The notes under the pieces are model-generated. The model was not told where the DNA came from, made no database searches, and was given only the letters and a program-made list of their open reading frames with translations. A DNA stretch of 64,000 bases, filler included, from Gonapodya sp. JEL0774 (Eukaryota): the NCBI GenBank assembly GCA_027604505.1. It is 40 parts of 40 records of this genome, joined end to end, with 100 filler letters (N's around TTAATTAATTAA, not from the genome) between each part and the next. Parts side by side here need not be neighbours in the genome. Positions count along the whole stretch, not along the records: positions 12,919 to 14,430 come from JADIIX010003033.1; positions 14,531 to 16,042 come from JADIIX010003034.1; positions 16,143 to 17,654 come from JADIIX010003035.1; positions 17,755 to 19,264 come from JADIIX010003036.1; positions 19,365 to 20,873 come from JADIIX010003037.1; positions 20,974 to 22,480 come from JADIIX010003038.1; positions 22,581 to 24,087 come from JADIIX010003039.1; positions 24,188 to 25,692 come from JADIIX010003040.1; 32 more parts are not named here. One strand, given 5' to 3'. The first letter of the stretch is position 1. Each line of letters begins with the position of its first letter. A program made the translations under genes and the position numbers. This document shows positions 12,919-25,692 of the stretch, in pieces.

Positions 12919-13125
12919 TTCAAGTGCACCTGTGGTTATATCGCTGACCGAGACAGTAACGCTTCCAGAAATATCTTTCTGCGTTCATACAGAACGTGGA
13001 CTGGATCGATTGAGAAGAGGTCATGGTTGGTGCTTAAAAAGTTTTTCGGTGATGTTGTCAAAGAATTGAAGAAGCAAGGAGTATCAACTGGAGAAGATGA
13101 AATTGAACTCCAAGAAGACGACTGA
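12919..13125 (+). CDS. TnpB/Fanzor-family RNA-guided endonuclease, C-terminal fragment (zinc ribbon plus RuvC-III), 5'-truncated by the contig end
   Basis: Frame from 12919 reads FKCTCGYIADRDSNASRNIFLRSYRTWTGSIEKRSWLVLKKFFGDVVKELKKQGVSTGEDEIELQEDD*; matches the F-x-C-x(1-2)-C-G-x3-D-R-D-x-N-A-x-x-N-I signature of TnpB/Fanzor. Confidence 0.8.
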   Translation, partial: FKCTCGYIADRDSNASRNIFLRSYRTWTGSIEKRSWLVLKKFFGDVVKELKKQGVSTGEDEIELQEDD

Positions 13126-13315
13126 GCCAAAAACACAAAACATGGTCCCTTGGTCATTTTTTCGGGGGCCTCGCAGTGGTAGCTGCGGGCTTAGCGATTC
13201 ATAGCTTAGAGCCAAACAAAAAGGTCATGTCCTATATTGTCCATGAGACCTCTACCGGATGAAGCAGAACCTAAAGTATGATGTGAATGTCACTAGACCC
13301 ATCCCCACCCACACC
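13126..13315 (+). ncRNA. Candidate omegaRNA / element right end downstream of the Fanzor-like ORF
   Basis: Non-coding tract immediately 3' of the stop; hairpin GCCTCGCAG-tggtag-CTGCGGGC (13168-13190) and AGGTCATG...CATGAGACCT (about 13222-13251); position expected for omegaRNA; boundaries not defined. Confidence 0.35.
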
Positions 13316-13319
13316 CTGT

Positions 13320-13987
13320 AAGAGTTTTCAAAAAGAGAGTTTTGGAAAAGTTTCAAAATCTTCAATCTCATCCCAATCCCCATCCTGAAAGAGTTTTCGA
13401 AAAGTTTCAGAATCTGCAATCACATCCCAATCCCCATCCTGAAACAGTTTTCGAAAAGTTTTCAGAATCTTCATCCTCATCCCCATCCCCATCCCGAAAG
13501 AGTTTTCGAAAAGGTTTCAGAATCTGAAATCACATCCTCATCCCAATCCCAATCCCCATCCCGAAAGCGTTTTCGAAAAGTTTTCAGAATCTTCATCCCA
13601 TCCTGATCCCAATCCCCCAATCCCCAATCCCCATCCTGAAAGAGTTTTCGAAAAGTTTCAGAATCTTCATCCCATCCTCATCCCAATCCCAATCCCATCC
13701 TCACCCCCATCCCCATCCTGAAAGAGTTTTCGAAGAGTTTTCAGAATCTTCATCCTCATCCCCATCCCCAATCCCCATCCTGAAAGAGTTCTCGAAAAGT
13801 TTTCAGAATCTTCATCCCAATCCCCATCCTGAAAGAGTTTTCGAAAAGTTTCAGAAACTGCAATCACATCCCCATCCCCATCCTAAAGGGGATTTCGAAA
13901 AGTTTCAGAATCTGAAATCTCATCCCATCCTCATCCTGAAAGAAGTTTCAGAATCTGCAATCTCATCCCAATCCCCATCCTGAAAGA
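13320..13987. repeat. Array of about 12 palindromic ~31-bp repeats (CTGAAAGAGTTTTCGAAAAGTTTCAGAATCT) separated by variable (C/A)ATCCC-rich linkers
   Basis: Repeat starts at about 13335 (degenerate), 13385, 13439, 13494, 13561, 13636, 13718, 13780, 13829, 13883, 13936 (internally deleted) and 13980 (partial); periods 44-82 bp. Confidence 0.95.
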
Positions 13988-14029
13988 TCACATCTTGAAT
14001 TTCTTAAAGTAGCAGTCGACAGATCTCTT

Positions 14030-14430
14030 ATGACCAGCCAATCTGCCTCGCAAATGTGTTTTCACAATCCAGTAGTTGTGAATGCCATTGTTCGACATGC
14101 CCGATTGGGTGATATGAAATCACTAAAACGAATCGGACCATTATGGAGAACGCCGGTAATCAAAGAGAGTTTGAGGAATATTTCCTTCCATCCATGGTAC
14201 AATGATGCGTCTCGCATATTAGCTGTTCGTGATTCATCTACTGATGGGATGAGATCGCCTTGTCGAGTGCAAGGAATGTCACTTGGCATGACAGACAAAG
14301 CCAGTCAGAGAGCACTTGAGTATCTGTACTCACATGGTGGTATATCGAGAGAAGTTACGATAACCTTATACGCCTTGCCCCAGAGTGGATCGGCAATGTA
14401 TCATACTGTGCGAGATATCATTCAGGCGTA
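14030..14430 (+). CDS. Hypothetical protein with F-box-like N-terminus, 3'-truncated
   Basis: PVVVNAIVRHARLGDMKSLKRIGPLWR resembles an F-box pattern; no introns seen. Confidence 0.35.
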
Positions 14431-16142
14431 NNNNNNNNNNNNNNNNNNNNNNNNNNNNNNNNNNNNNNNNNNNNTTAATTAATTAANNNNNNNNNNNNNN
14501 NNNNNNNNNNNNNNNNNNNNNNNNNNNNNNCAGCTCACGCAGGATATTCATAACTTTATCTTGCCCCTCCAAGCACAGCTGCCCCCGCACCTCAACTTCG
14601 ACCCAACGCTCCTTGCAGCCCTTAACATCAATGACGGAGGCGTGGATACTCAGATGGGTGGTACGGAAGGAGGAGCTGCGCCGGATGGACAGGCCTGAAT
14701 TCGCCGCTCGGTTGGCACAGGTCTCGGAAGCTGACCGCAGGGATAGACTTGGTTGTATTTCTCCTCCGTAGAAATACATTTTACGGCTTCGAGCCGTTCG
14801 TTTTGCTAAACACTCGTCCACCGGTGAGCAGTCCGTGGAGTGTGCAAATTAAACCAATATTCTGGAACAGCCAGTGGGATCCTGTACGCCCTCATTTTTT
14901 TTTTTTTGCAATCGATGATTGTCGTTCCATCATTTGAACGAGCCCCAAGCAAATGAAAAAGGTTTCTTTCGGTGGTTTGAGGACTATAAAACAATGTTCC
15001 CCATAAGGAAATGTCCCTGCTGTTTGTGTCAACGATGTGTTGCTCCTCATCGTTCAAAAGTATAATGCGACGATAAATTTTCCCGCACGGCTCACTCGAT
15101 GGGTTGTTGCTTCCACTCTGTCCTCCATGCTAAACTCTTGTGGTGATGGTATTATTCCTTACACAATTACCAGATCAAGTTGACGAGCAATACTTAATTA
15201 AAGACAGGTATACTATAGGGAGAAGCTAAGGCCTGTCACTAGAAACCTATAGGCAACTTTTGAAACGGGTTTGCTGTCCCATGGACTGGAAGACGGCAGC
15301 TCCCGGTTCTCCGTTCAATGTGCTATTCCGTGAATTGATAAGAGTCCATGAAGATCTCCGTGCATGTGTCCATGTTTCCGGAATAAAACAAACAGACGCT
15401 TGGAGAAGGGGGATCCTCTCTCGGCGTAGTTTGTTTCGAAGAACGTACCTGGGGTGTGTCGCCATATCGTTTGTTGATCAGTCTCTACGAGGGGGACTGC
15501 AAGATTGTTCCGCTCTCGCAGCTCGACTAACACAATCTGATGTGAATACTTATTTTTCTTACACCCAGTACAATCAAACGCGAAACAAAATACGGAGTGA
15601 CTAATTCAAGTACCAATCAAAGTACAACACGGCGGAGCCTTCAGTTACTCTCTAATATCCTTACAGCACTTGTTTGATGCAGCAGCAGAAGCTACACTCC
15701 ATGCATTTGCAGCAACATGGGCACGCTACGTGCGACGGCCAGCACATATCGTAGTAGAAGCGGTTCTCCTCCGCCTTGAGGGACAAGATCTCGGTTGGGG
15801 TCAGCGCAATGGAGATCCAGCTGGCCTCTACGCTCAAGGAAAGTTCATTATTATTGTTGTCAGGTGCACGAGGGTGGTTTCGGTGCAGGCGATCACGATT
15901 TACGAAACGACAGTAAGATTTCATCAGACCTATCAGTCGCACATTTACGCGTTAGGTATTGCTGGGAGAGTACTCACCAAAGTGTGCGTTCCCTTGTCCG
16001 AATGGAATGTCGAGCGTGGACGTTGCGGTCTTGAAGTACATGNNNNNNNNNNNNNNNNNNNNNNNNNNNNNNNNNNNNNNNNNNNNTTAATTAATTAANN
16101 NNNNNNNNNNNNNNNNNNNNNNNNNNNNNNNNNNNNNNNNNN

Positions 16143-16660
16143 CGTAGTATTTGAGGTTTCCGGCGAAGTCGAGGTACGGGTGGATGAGCTTGTCCTTGAT
16201 CCTGGTGGTCCGTCAGTGACGGTGGGTGGGTGAACATTCTTACGGAATCAAACGGCGCGTCAGACGCTCACATGGCCCAAATGATCCTGGTCATCTCATC
16301 TCTTTATAGTGAATTGCCGATGTTTGATAGCAAATGAGAGTGCAATCGAGCGCGGATTCAAAAACATGACCAGGGGGGTGAAGAAAATCAAAACGACCCG
16401 ACTCACCCGTCCAGCTCCACGACCGGGTTTTCGACCTGAATCCTGGATCCCGAAGCATCTGCATTCCAGAGAGGCGAAACGACACGAAATCAGCGAACGG
16501 GATGGAATCGTCAGAATAACTCGTGAGGCGCCCCTGTCACAAAATGATGCGCACATGTTCGGGAAAGGCCCGCGGAGACAGCCGGGCGGAGGACGGGGCC
16601 CGTGGCGCGGATGGAGGAGGCGAGAAGGGATGCAGTGGGGAGGATGGAGCGGAGAGACAT
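16143..16660 (-). CDS. IDP1: Mitochondrial NADP-dependent isocitrate dehydrogenase, 5' exons
   Basis: Presequence MSLRSILPTASLLASSIRATG; exons RIQVENPVVELDG|DEMTRIIWAM|IKDKLIHPYLD...LKYY. Confidence 0.88.
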
Positions 16661-17754
16661 GATGGAGGGAGAAATGGAATTCGGGAATATAATAATATTT
16701 CAAGGTGCGGGTCGTGACATTCCGGCTTCAGATGCCGGCCCCACCGTTTTTCCGGTGCTTAACGACATAAATCATCAGCGATAAATCATGTTCTTGGGCG
16801 GAGCAGTTGGAATAAGTAGCGAATTTGAGGGCTGTCACTTTCGATACGCTGAAACTGGCAGTGTAGGGCAGGACTGTCTGAATAGCTGGATTGTTCAATA
16901 GGGAATCACATAGTAGATGTGGCATTTCATGCGATAATTGAAATTCGATTATTGGGTCGCTAGCTTTGATTATGTCTGGGAGTGTTTTATGGCATATAAT
17001 ATCGCCCGTAATTGAGATGAACAGAAGTCTAGTCAACTTTGTTTCACAGGACTCAGCTCCCGACGAGCTAAAGTACGTGATGACGCGTGCTTTTGGCCAT
17101 CTCCCCGGTTGGAGACCGAGAACATGTTTCCAGGGTGTGCGACAGGGGCGTTGCTTGCGAGCCACCACAAAATCATGACCCCGACACATACCACAGTGTC
17201 AAATTTGTCACGCTAAAGAACCCTTGACCAAGTGTTGCGGACGTGCACTGCACAAGCGGTGGCGTTCCTCAATGCTTGGGGGCCAGGAGTCTAACCTCAA
17301 CCCCCCTGAGGAACGCAAATGGCGCAAACCACCATAGCATATTGACAGATGAGGGGACCGTTTCGGCAACACCCTGCCCCAAGCGACCCTCTCGGGTCGT
17401 TGGAGCAATTGCACACATTGACTACTCAGGCCTTCACGAGGCCAGGGAGGTGGATGGAAAGGACCCCTGGTGTCCACGGCAGAGCAAGCTCGGGCACAGG
17501 CGACGCAAAGTGGTACTGCGCTGCATTTGGATTCCACCTCCACAAGAAATTCATTGAAATGCCAGAGCGTTCATCAGAAGAGAGGCCCCAGAAAGTGTGT
17601 GCTGATTCTGCACTCTGCACGAGACGCAAGTATAAACACCAAAGAGATACGCCGNNNNNNNNNNNNNNNNNNNNNNNNNNNNNNNNNNNNNNNNNNNNTT
17701 AATTAATTAANNNNNNNNNNNNNNNNNNNNNNNNNNNNNNNNNNNNNNNNNNNN

Positions 17755-19070
17755 CCAGGACAAAACAACTCCAAAAGACGCTAGCCATCCATCCAGCCCC
17801 CCTCCCAGCCCCGTTCCACTCGGACCCTGAAACCCACCGTTCAACCCAACCACCGCCACACACGCCGCCCCCTCTGCCACCACGCTGGCCCCCGCACTCC
17901 TCCCCCCCACACCGGCCACGACCTGCGCGATAGCCTCCACCGCCCCGGCCTGTGCAATCTCCGGCGCATACGACCCGGCCAAGTTCCGCAACGTCGACAA
18001 CGCATGGCACGCGATTTCCTCGTGGAGGGCCGTCACGTGCGCGTTGTGTGCCTGTCCCTGTCCCTGCCCCTGCCCCTGCCCCACACTCCCTGGTGGCGGG
18101 GGTGTGCTGGCGGGGTCGGGCGGCAACCCCCACGCCACGAGCTGCACGAGCACGGGGAGGAATCCTCCCCTGACGATATGTTCCTCGTTGTCCGCGCATA
18201 TGGACAGGTTCCGAACCAGCGCCACGCACGCGGACACGGTGGGGGGGTCGTGGCGGGACATGGACGCGACGAGGTTCTTCAGGAGGGGGGCGAGGGCGCC
18301 GCCCTTGACGATGAGAGGTTGGAAGAGGGGGTCCGAGGCGAGGTTGCGGAGGGCGAGGGTGGATTGCACGGAGAGTTTGGCGGAGGGGGAGGCGAGGAGG
18401 GTGGTGAGGTGGGGGAGTAGGCGGGGGGAGGAGGCCAGATGAGGGCGGTTGGCGGCTGGTGGGCCGGGTCATGGGTTGTGTGGGATGGAGGGAGACCCGT
18501 CGATTCGAGTTGGTGACGTACAGCACACACATGCAACCGCCTCCGCTTACAACCCACCGTCCACCGCCAAATTACTCAACCCCGTCACACAATAATACAC
18601 CACCTCGGCATCGTTACTGGCCAGTAATCCCACCATAACGGGCACCGCACCGGCCGCCACGAGTTCCCTCCTGTGGTCCTCGGAGTGCGTCATGTTGAGT
18701 AAAGCCCCGGCGGCGTTGCGGGACACCCGGGCGTCGCGGGATCGGGCAAGGCGCACCAGGGGGGGGAGGGCGGAGGAGTGGGAGATGAGGTCGCGGGTGG
18801 ATTCTGGCGGGGAGGTGTAAGTGGGGCGGGGTGGAGGGGAGAGGAGTCTCGGAGTGTGAGCCGAGCCTCGTCGACACCCTGAACCCGCCTTCATCGACCA
18901 CCCCCCCACGCGCCTCCACCCTTTCCAAGCCCCTCCCTCAACCCACCGTGCGTGGCTAAATTCGTTATACACCCGACAGCATTACACTGCACCTCGACGT
19001 TGGAGCTCTGCATGAGTCGGACGAGGGGGTCGAGGGCGCCGAGTTGGACGATGAGGAGTTTGTTGTGGGC
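17755..19070 (-). CDS. VAC8: Armadillo-repeat vacuolar protein Vac8, internal fragment
   Basis: [86 protein letters not shown]. Confidence 0.9.
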
Positions 19071-19427
19071 TGGTGGGAGGGGCAGGAGAATAGTGGAAGG
19101 TGGGATTACGAAGTTGAGGTGGGGTGGAAAAGGCGATGCTTGGTTTGTCCGTTGGAAAAGGGAATTTCTAGCCCTTGGACCTCGCGTGGGAAGCCATTTC
19201 GAGCCCTCCAATAATAGTCATTGTCGCAGTGTCGTACCCTGCCAGTTTCACTGCGAACCCGCCANNNNNNNNNNNNNNNNNNNNNNNNNNNNNNNNNNNN
19301 NNNNNNNNTTAATTAATTAANNNNNNNNNNNNNNNNNNNNNNNNNNNNNNNNNNNNNNNNNNNNCGGTGACACAACGTAGCATCAATGGAGCGTGTGTCT
19401 GATAAGGAAGGGGAAGCGCCTACTCAC

Positions 19428-20181
19428 CCTTGAGGTACGCAATGACATCTGGTAAAGCACACGTTTCACAATGGTCACCAGCGTGCGACAAACACGAGTT
19501 CACAGTTCATAAATATCGTCAGAAGTGGCCCCTCGATCACCAACAAATTTGGTCGAGAACTCACCCTTCCGGTCCTTCTCCTTCTTAAATCCAGCGAACA
19601 CCATCTTAGTCCCGGGAATGTACTTCTTGGGATCCAAGAGGTACTCAAACAGGGTGTCCTCGTTCCAGTGGACTGCTCGGTTCTTGTTCGCGTCGGTGTA
19701 GGCGAACCCAGGAACCTTGCCAGATGTGCGGCCGACAATGCCGTGAAGGTTAGGGCCCACCTTGTTGGCACCACCCTGCATCAAAAAAATAGATGAGCGC
19801 AGTGGGATACAACATATGATTCGAAGAAGGGACGAGTGGAAGCGCAGAAGTGCGACGAGATGTCATTTAACGTGTTAGTGGAGAATGGGAGAAGCGCGAC
19901 GCCGGAGTGCCGGAAGGTGATAACGATTACAGTGATAGCATGCGAGAGGAAAAACAGCGATATCTAGTCAGCAATTCGTCCTTTCTCCCTGTCAATCGTC
20001 GATCACTCACGGCTTCAACAGTGTGGCACTGAGCGCACCGGGTCTTGAAGAGCTTAGCACCGTTAGCAGCGTCACCTAAAGAGTGTGAGATGGATTTTGT
20101 GTAACAAGTGCAGGAGCTTGAGATAATGTTCGCCGTGACGACTAACGGCGACACGGTCACGATATCCTCGCACTCACCCAT
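19428..20181 (-). CDS. CYC1: Cytochrome c, multi-exon with a 4-nt first coding exon (ATGG)
   Basis: [34 protein letters not shown]...[33 protein letters not shown]. Confidence 0.97.
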
Positions 20182-22580
20182 TTCTGGTTATTCGAAGTTG
20201 AAAAAATGATAGTTCCAAGGCAAAATGACCGATGGCCATTCGTAAGCAATGGTTCCGATACCATTTCCGAGTGAACATTGTCAGAAGGCAGTGATGGATG
20301 GTCGAACGACATGTCGGCGTGTTGAATCGACCACACCGGCAAGACGGGTAGAAGGAGCAATAGACGGAACCCGTCAGTGGCTGTTGGTCACTTTTGTTCC
20401 CGTCGGTTTGATTCCTTACCTGAAGTTTGGATTGCGGAAGAACGTGTTTTCGTTTTCAGAAGACTCGACTGAAAACGCGAGGGCAGCATCAGTCATACAT
20501 GTGGCGCAGCTTCAGCAACAACGTGTTCCGATGAAGAAACACAAGATCTTTCATCAAACAATATCACTGTAGATGTGCTCATCATCAAAGGTGATGTTGC
20601 TCTATGCATCTTAGTGCACATGCTGGAAAGACATCATAGAAATCTACGACATTCCAAAATGTGCAGGCGCTTGCACTGACAGGCTTCACACCCTCCAAAA
20701 CGCAAATTGGTTTATCTGAAATGCAAGACTCCATATCACAGGTGTGTCAATCATATTTGGATATGCGCTGGAATCTCTTCCACGCAGTGCTCCAGTACCC
20801 AAGCAAACCTCACGCACCACTCCTCCACTGCACGGGTCGCATCCCTGACTGCAAATGCTGCCAAGTTTGACCGNNNNNNNNNNNNNNNNNNNNNNNNNNN
20901 NNNNNNNNNNNNNNNNNTTAATTAATTAANNNNNNNNNNNNNNNNNNNNNNNNNNNNNNNNNNNNNNNNNNNNACATCAAGAAGGGTGCGGTGGGGGGAA
21001 GGACTTGAACGGTTTACACCGTTATGCTAGGAAGAAGGACGAATGAATGGATCAACGAAATGAACCTCACAAAAATGAATACCTGAGATCCTTGATTCCA
21101 TCAATGGACGAACTTCCCGAGTTGGCTGTCCTGGCTGCCTCTCCCGAACATTTGCTCACACCTCGTCACCTATTCGAGATCACCAGTGTCCGACGTTCCA
21201 ACCAAGTCTCACGGCGGAGATTGTGTAGAATCTTCGTGGGAATATGATTCCGGGCAATACTGAGCCAGAGCGGGACAGGGGATTTGTGACCAGGGTGACG
21301 GTGAGGATGGGAAAGCAAAGGAAGCATGGACGGATTCAATGGGGAGCGAGTGGGAAGCGGGAGAAGACACCCCGGGCGTGAGAGAGGACAAAAGAGAAGG
21401 ACATCGAGATTCGATGTAGGAGGGGAGCGAATGCTGCTTGAGTTGTATCACTGGTGGGGAACCGAGGCCACAGCATCTTCACCCCACTCCATCATCGCAG
21501 CCGAATTGTGGTATCACATTCCAATCTGCACCCAAACAACTTAAAATAATGACGTGTCGCGGCTCATAGTGGTCCCACTATTTCATGAGTTGTTTTGATC
21601 CTTTGTTTTCTCTCACTCTACACAGACAAGGTCTATTCGATACTTCAACTTCATAATAACGATGATAATCATGATCCATCCACCATACAAAGAAAACTCT
21701 TCAATCGTTTTGTGAAACAATTGATCGCGCATGGAGGAGGTGCGTGGCTCCATTCGAGGCTGCAGATAAGTGTTACGTTATCCCATCATCATGATCACAC
21801 ACTCACACAACTTGCTAAGAAAATTCAGTTTTCCATGTCTGCCTGTTATTCCTTGTCCATTTCCTTGGTCTGTTCCGGGAAACCTTGCGATTTGCAAGAG
21901 AGTAGCGTGGTCGAGATGATGAAGGGATATGACGAGTCGCATTGATGTTTGGGAACTTGTAGGTGTGGCAGGGGATGGTCGGCGAGCCAAATCAGAACAA
22001 AAATTGGGAGGACGTTACGGCTCCTGTCAGGACTCTGTTTGCAGAGCGAAGGGTCTTAGCGTAATAACATAAGCACGGAAATAGACACACGACGCAGACC
22101 CTTGCCTGACTTACAGCTCATACCCGCAAAACAACATCCAATCTCTGCATTTCCATTAGCCGGTGCCGCACATGTTTTTTGCCCATGTACTCACTACTGC
22201 TAACCAGGCGTCTGATCCTCAGTTCCGCCACTGGGCACAGATCCGTATAAAGTACTCAGCATCAGTGCAGCAGCCAAGCGCCATCACAATCATGCTAAGC
22301 TCAGTTGCAGGCGCCTCTTCGATCTCCTCTGGACAGATTTGGAGTCCCGCATCTGTTCGTGACTCGTCCGGTGTCTGCGCTGTGTCTACTCCATCCACAA
22401 TGGCCTATTGGCTCCAAATAGCTGGGGTGGTTGGTCAGTGGTGAGAAAGTGGGACGGGGGTTCTCTCGTGCAGATAAAGTNNNNNNNNNNNNNNNNNNNN
22501 NNNNNNNNNNNNNNNNNNNNNNNNTTAATTAATTAANNNNNNNNNNNNNNNNNNNNNNNNNNNNNNNNNNNNNNNNNNNN

Positions 22581-24087
<1,507 letters not shown>

Positions 24088-24187
24088 NNNNNNNNNNNNN
24101 NNNNNNNNNNNNNNNNNNNNNNNNNNNNNNNTTAATTAATTAANNNNNNNNNNNNNNNNNNNNNNNNNNNNNNNNNNNNNNNNNNNN

Positions 24188-24807
24188 GTCTACACCACTG
24201 CTCGCATTGTAGGCGGGATTTACGATGATGCTCGTGACCTGAAACGCTGCGCAGCTCGCTTCCGTATCGCAGGATACGCTCATGTCGCCTCGGCCAACGT
24301 AAGCCATTGCGTATTTTTCCTCGCCGCTAGAGCCGCAATGTGCCGCGGTGACGACGACAGGGACGGGGCTCGCTTGAATGAGCGAGCCGGTACATGTTGT
24401 CACGGTTTTGAGACTCGAATTGCCTCCCACAGGGAGGGTGATTTGAAGGAGGGTGGCGTAGGGGTATGTTGTGGCGGAGGCGGTGGTACCACCAATGATG
24501 ACTGTCGCGGTTTCATTCGGTGAAAGACGTTGGAAACAAAACAGTCAACGTTTGTCGGCCGCAAACGCGTTCGAAATCAAACTGGGCATCTCAACTCTCC
24601 AGAGACTCTTAAATCGTTCCAAAAGGCATTTCCAAAAAGTCGAGTGCTACTCATTTCGTTGCTCCGAGGCCACTCCTCGAGCGAGAGAATCAACTCACGT
24701 ATGCTTCCTTCGCTGGTTCCATTCGAGGACACGACAGCCTCCGCTACACCGGAAAGATACCCTATCAGTGCAGTGGCGACTGCAGCTAGAGATAGCGTTG
24801 CACGCAT
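24188..24807 (-). CDS. Secreted trypsin-like serine protease (S1), 5' part
   Basis: Signal peptide MRATLSLAAVATALIG; mature start IIGGTTASATTYPY; CTGSLI...VVTAAHC. Confidence 0.9.
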
Positions 24808-24902
24808 AGATCTCTTCCGTGGTCCAGGTCGCAGACCACGTTCACGTTCGCGACCGCATGCTGCTGAGTCAGTTTTGACTGTTTTCACGGACGACATGGC
24901 AC

Positions 24903-25692
24903 TTAGGAAAGGAGCGATGGGAAAGAAGACGGCGAGTTGGATGGGGGAGAGTACTCGAGAGTGCGATCCTGTCCGCCTTGGGGAAAATGACAGGATGTGT
25001 GTTGCAATAACAGAGGTCCCACTGATGCGGGAAACCGTCCACGATGCGAGGAATGTCCGTGTCTTTCCAGAAAATGTCGGATTTCCTCCGGTTTGAACGC
25101 TCTGAACAGGTCAGCACAACCAACAACTTTGCTCGTGGCAGTGGAAAAGTTGAGGGAGGGGCGGTGCTTGGGGACAGAGGCTTGCAAGCCCTTATAATAT
25201 GCGTCACAAGACTCCTTCAATATCTTTTCCTGGTACGTGTGAATCAAAATTAAGTCTGCGTACATAATTAGTCTAAGTGTATCATCGCAGAGGAATCTAT
25301 CGGACCCGCACTTTTGTCACGTCCACTACTCCAACTTTTGGCCAGAGACCCCTCCTCTTCAAGTCGACTTCCCACCAAGTTTCTGCATCCTTCTGAAGCT
25401 CAAGCAACATGTTGCGCAATGCGTCGGTGGTGCAGGACCGTTGCAGCCGGGCAGCGAGTGAGTCGGATGGGTGGTGGTGGACAGAGTCCGGGGGTGGTGG
25501 AGGACTAAGGAGAGATGGATGATACAATGGGGCTCCAAAGCAGTCGAACGAAAGCGGTAATGGGCGCAGTGGGTGTTGTGATGTAGTTCCTTCAATCGAG
25601 TTCGTTGCCTGTCTAGTCTTGTCGAGCAACCGCTCCCCTCTCTTAACCACTTCTCTTCCCGCCATTACCTCACCAAAAACAAACAACAAATC
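24903..25692 (-). CDS. Hypothetical protein, C-terminal exons
   Basis: Two open frames (25297-25689, 24903-25265) that can be joined by a GT-AG intron; no domain recognised. Confidence 0.35.

Noticed and set aside
13168..13300. Helitron 3' end (hairpin plus CTAG)
   Set aside because: The CTAG near 13293 is about 100 nt from the GC-rich hairpin and is followed by A rather than T
13540..13720. Telomere tract
   Set aside because: The hexamers are CATCCC/AATCCC rather than CCCTAA, are interrupted by palindromes, and are internal to the contig
13342..13867. Short ORFs within the array (13342-13527 +, 13667-13867 -)
   Set aside because: By-products of the repeat; unit lengths are not consistently multiples of three
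13320..13987. Calling the array a bona fide CRISPR
   Set aside because: The linkers vary widely in length, are low-complexity and mutually related, and no cas1/cas2 is visible; kept as a repeat with a flagged hypothesis
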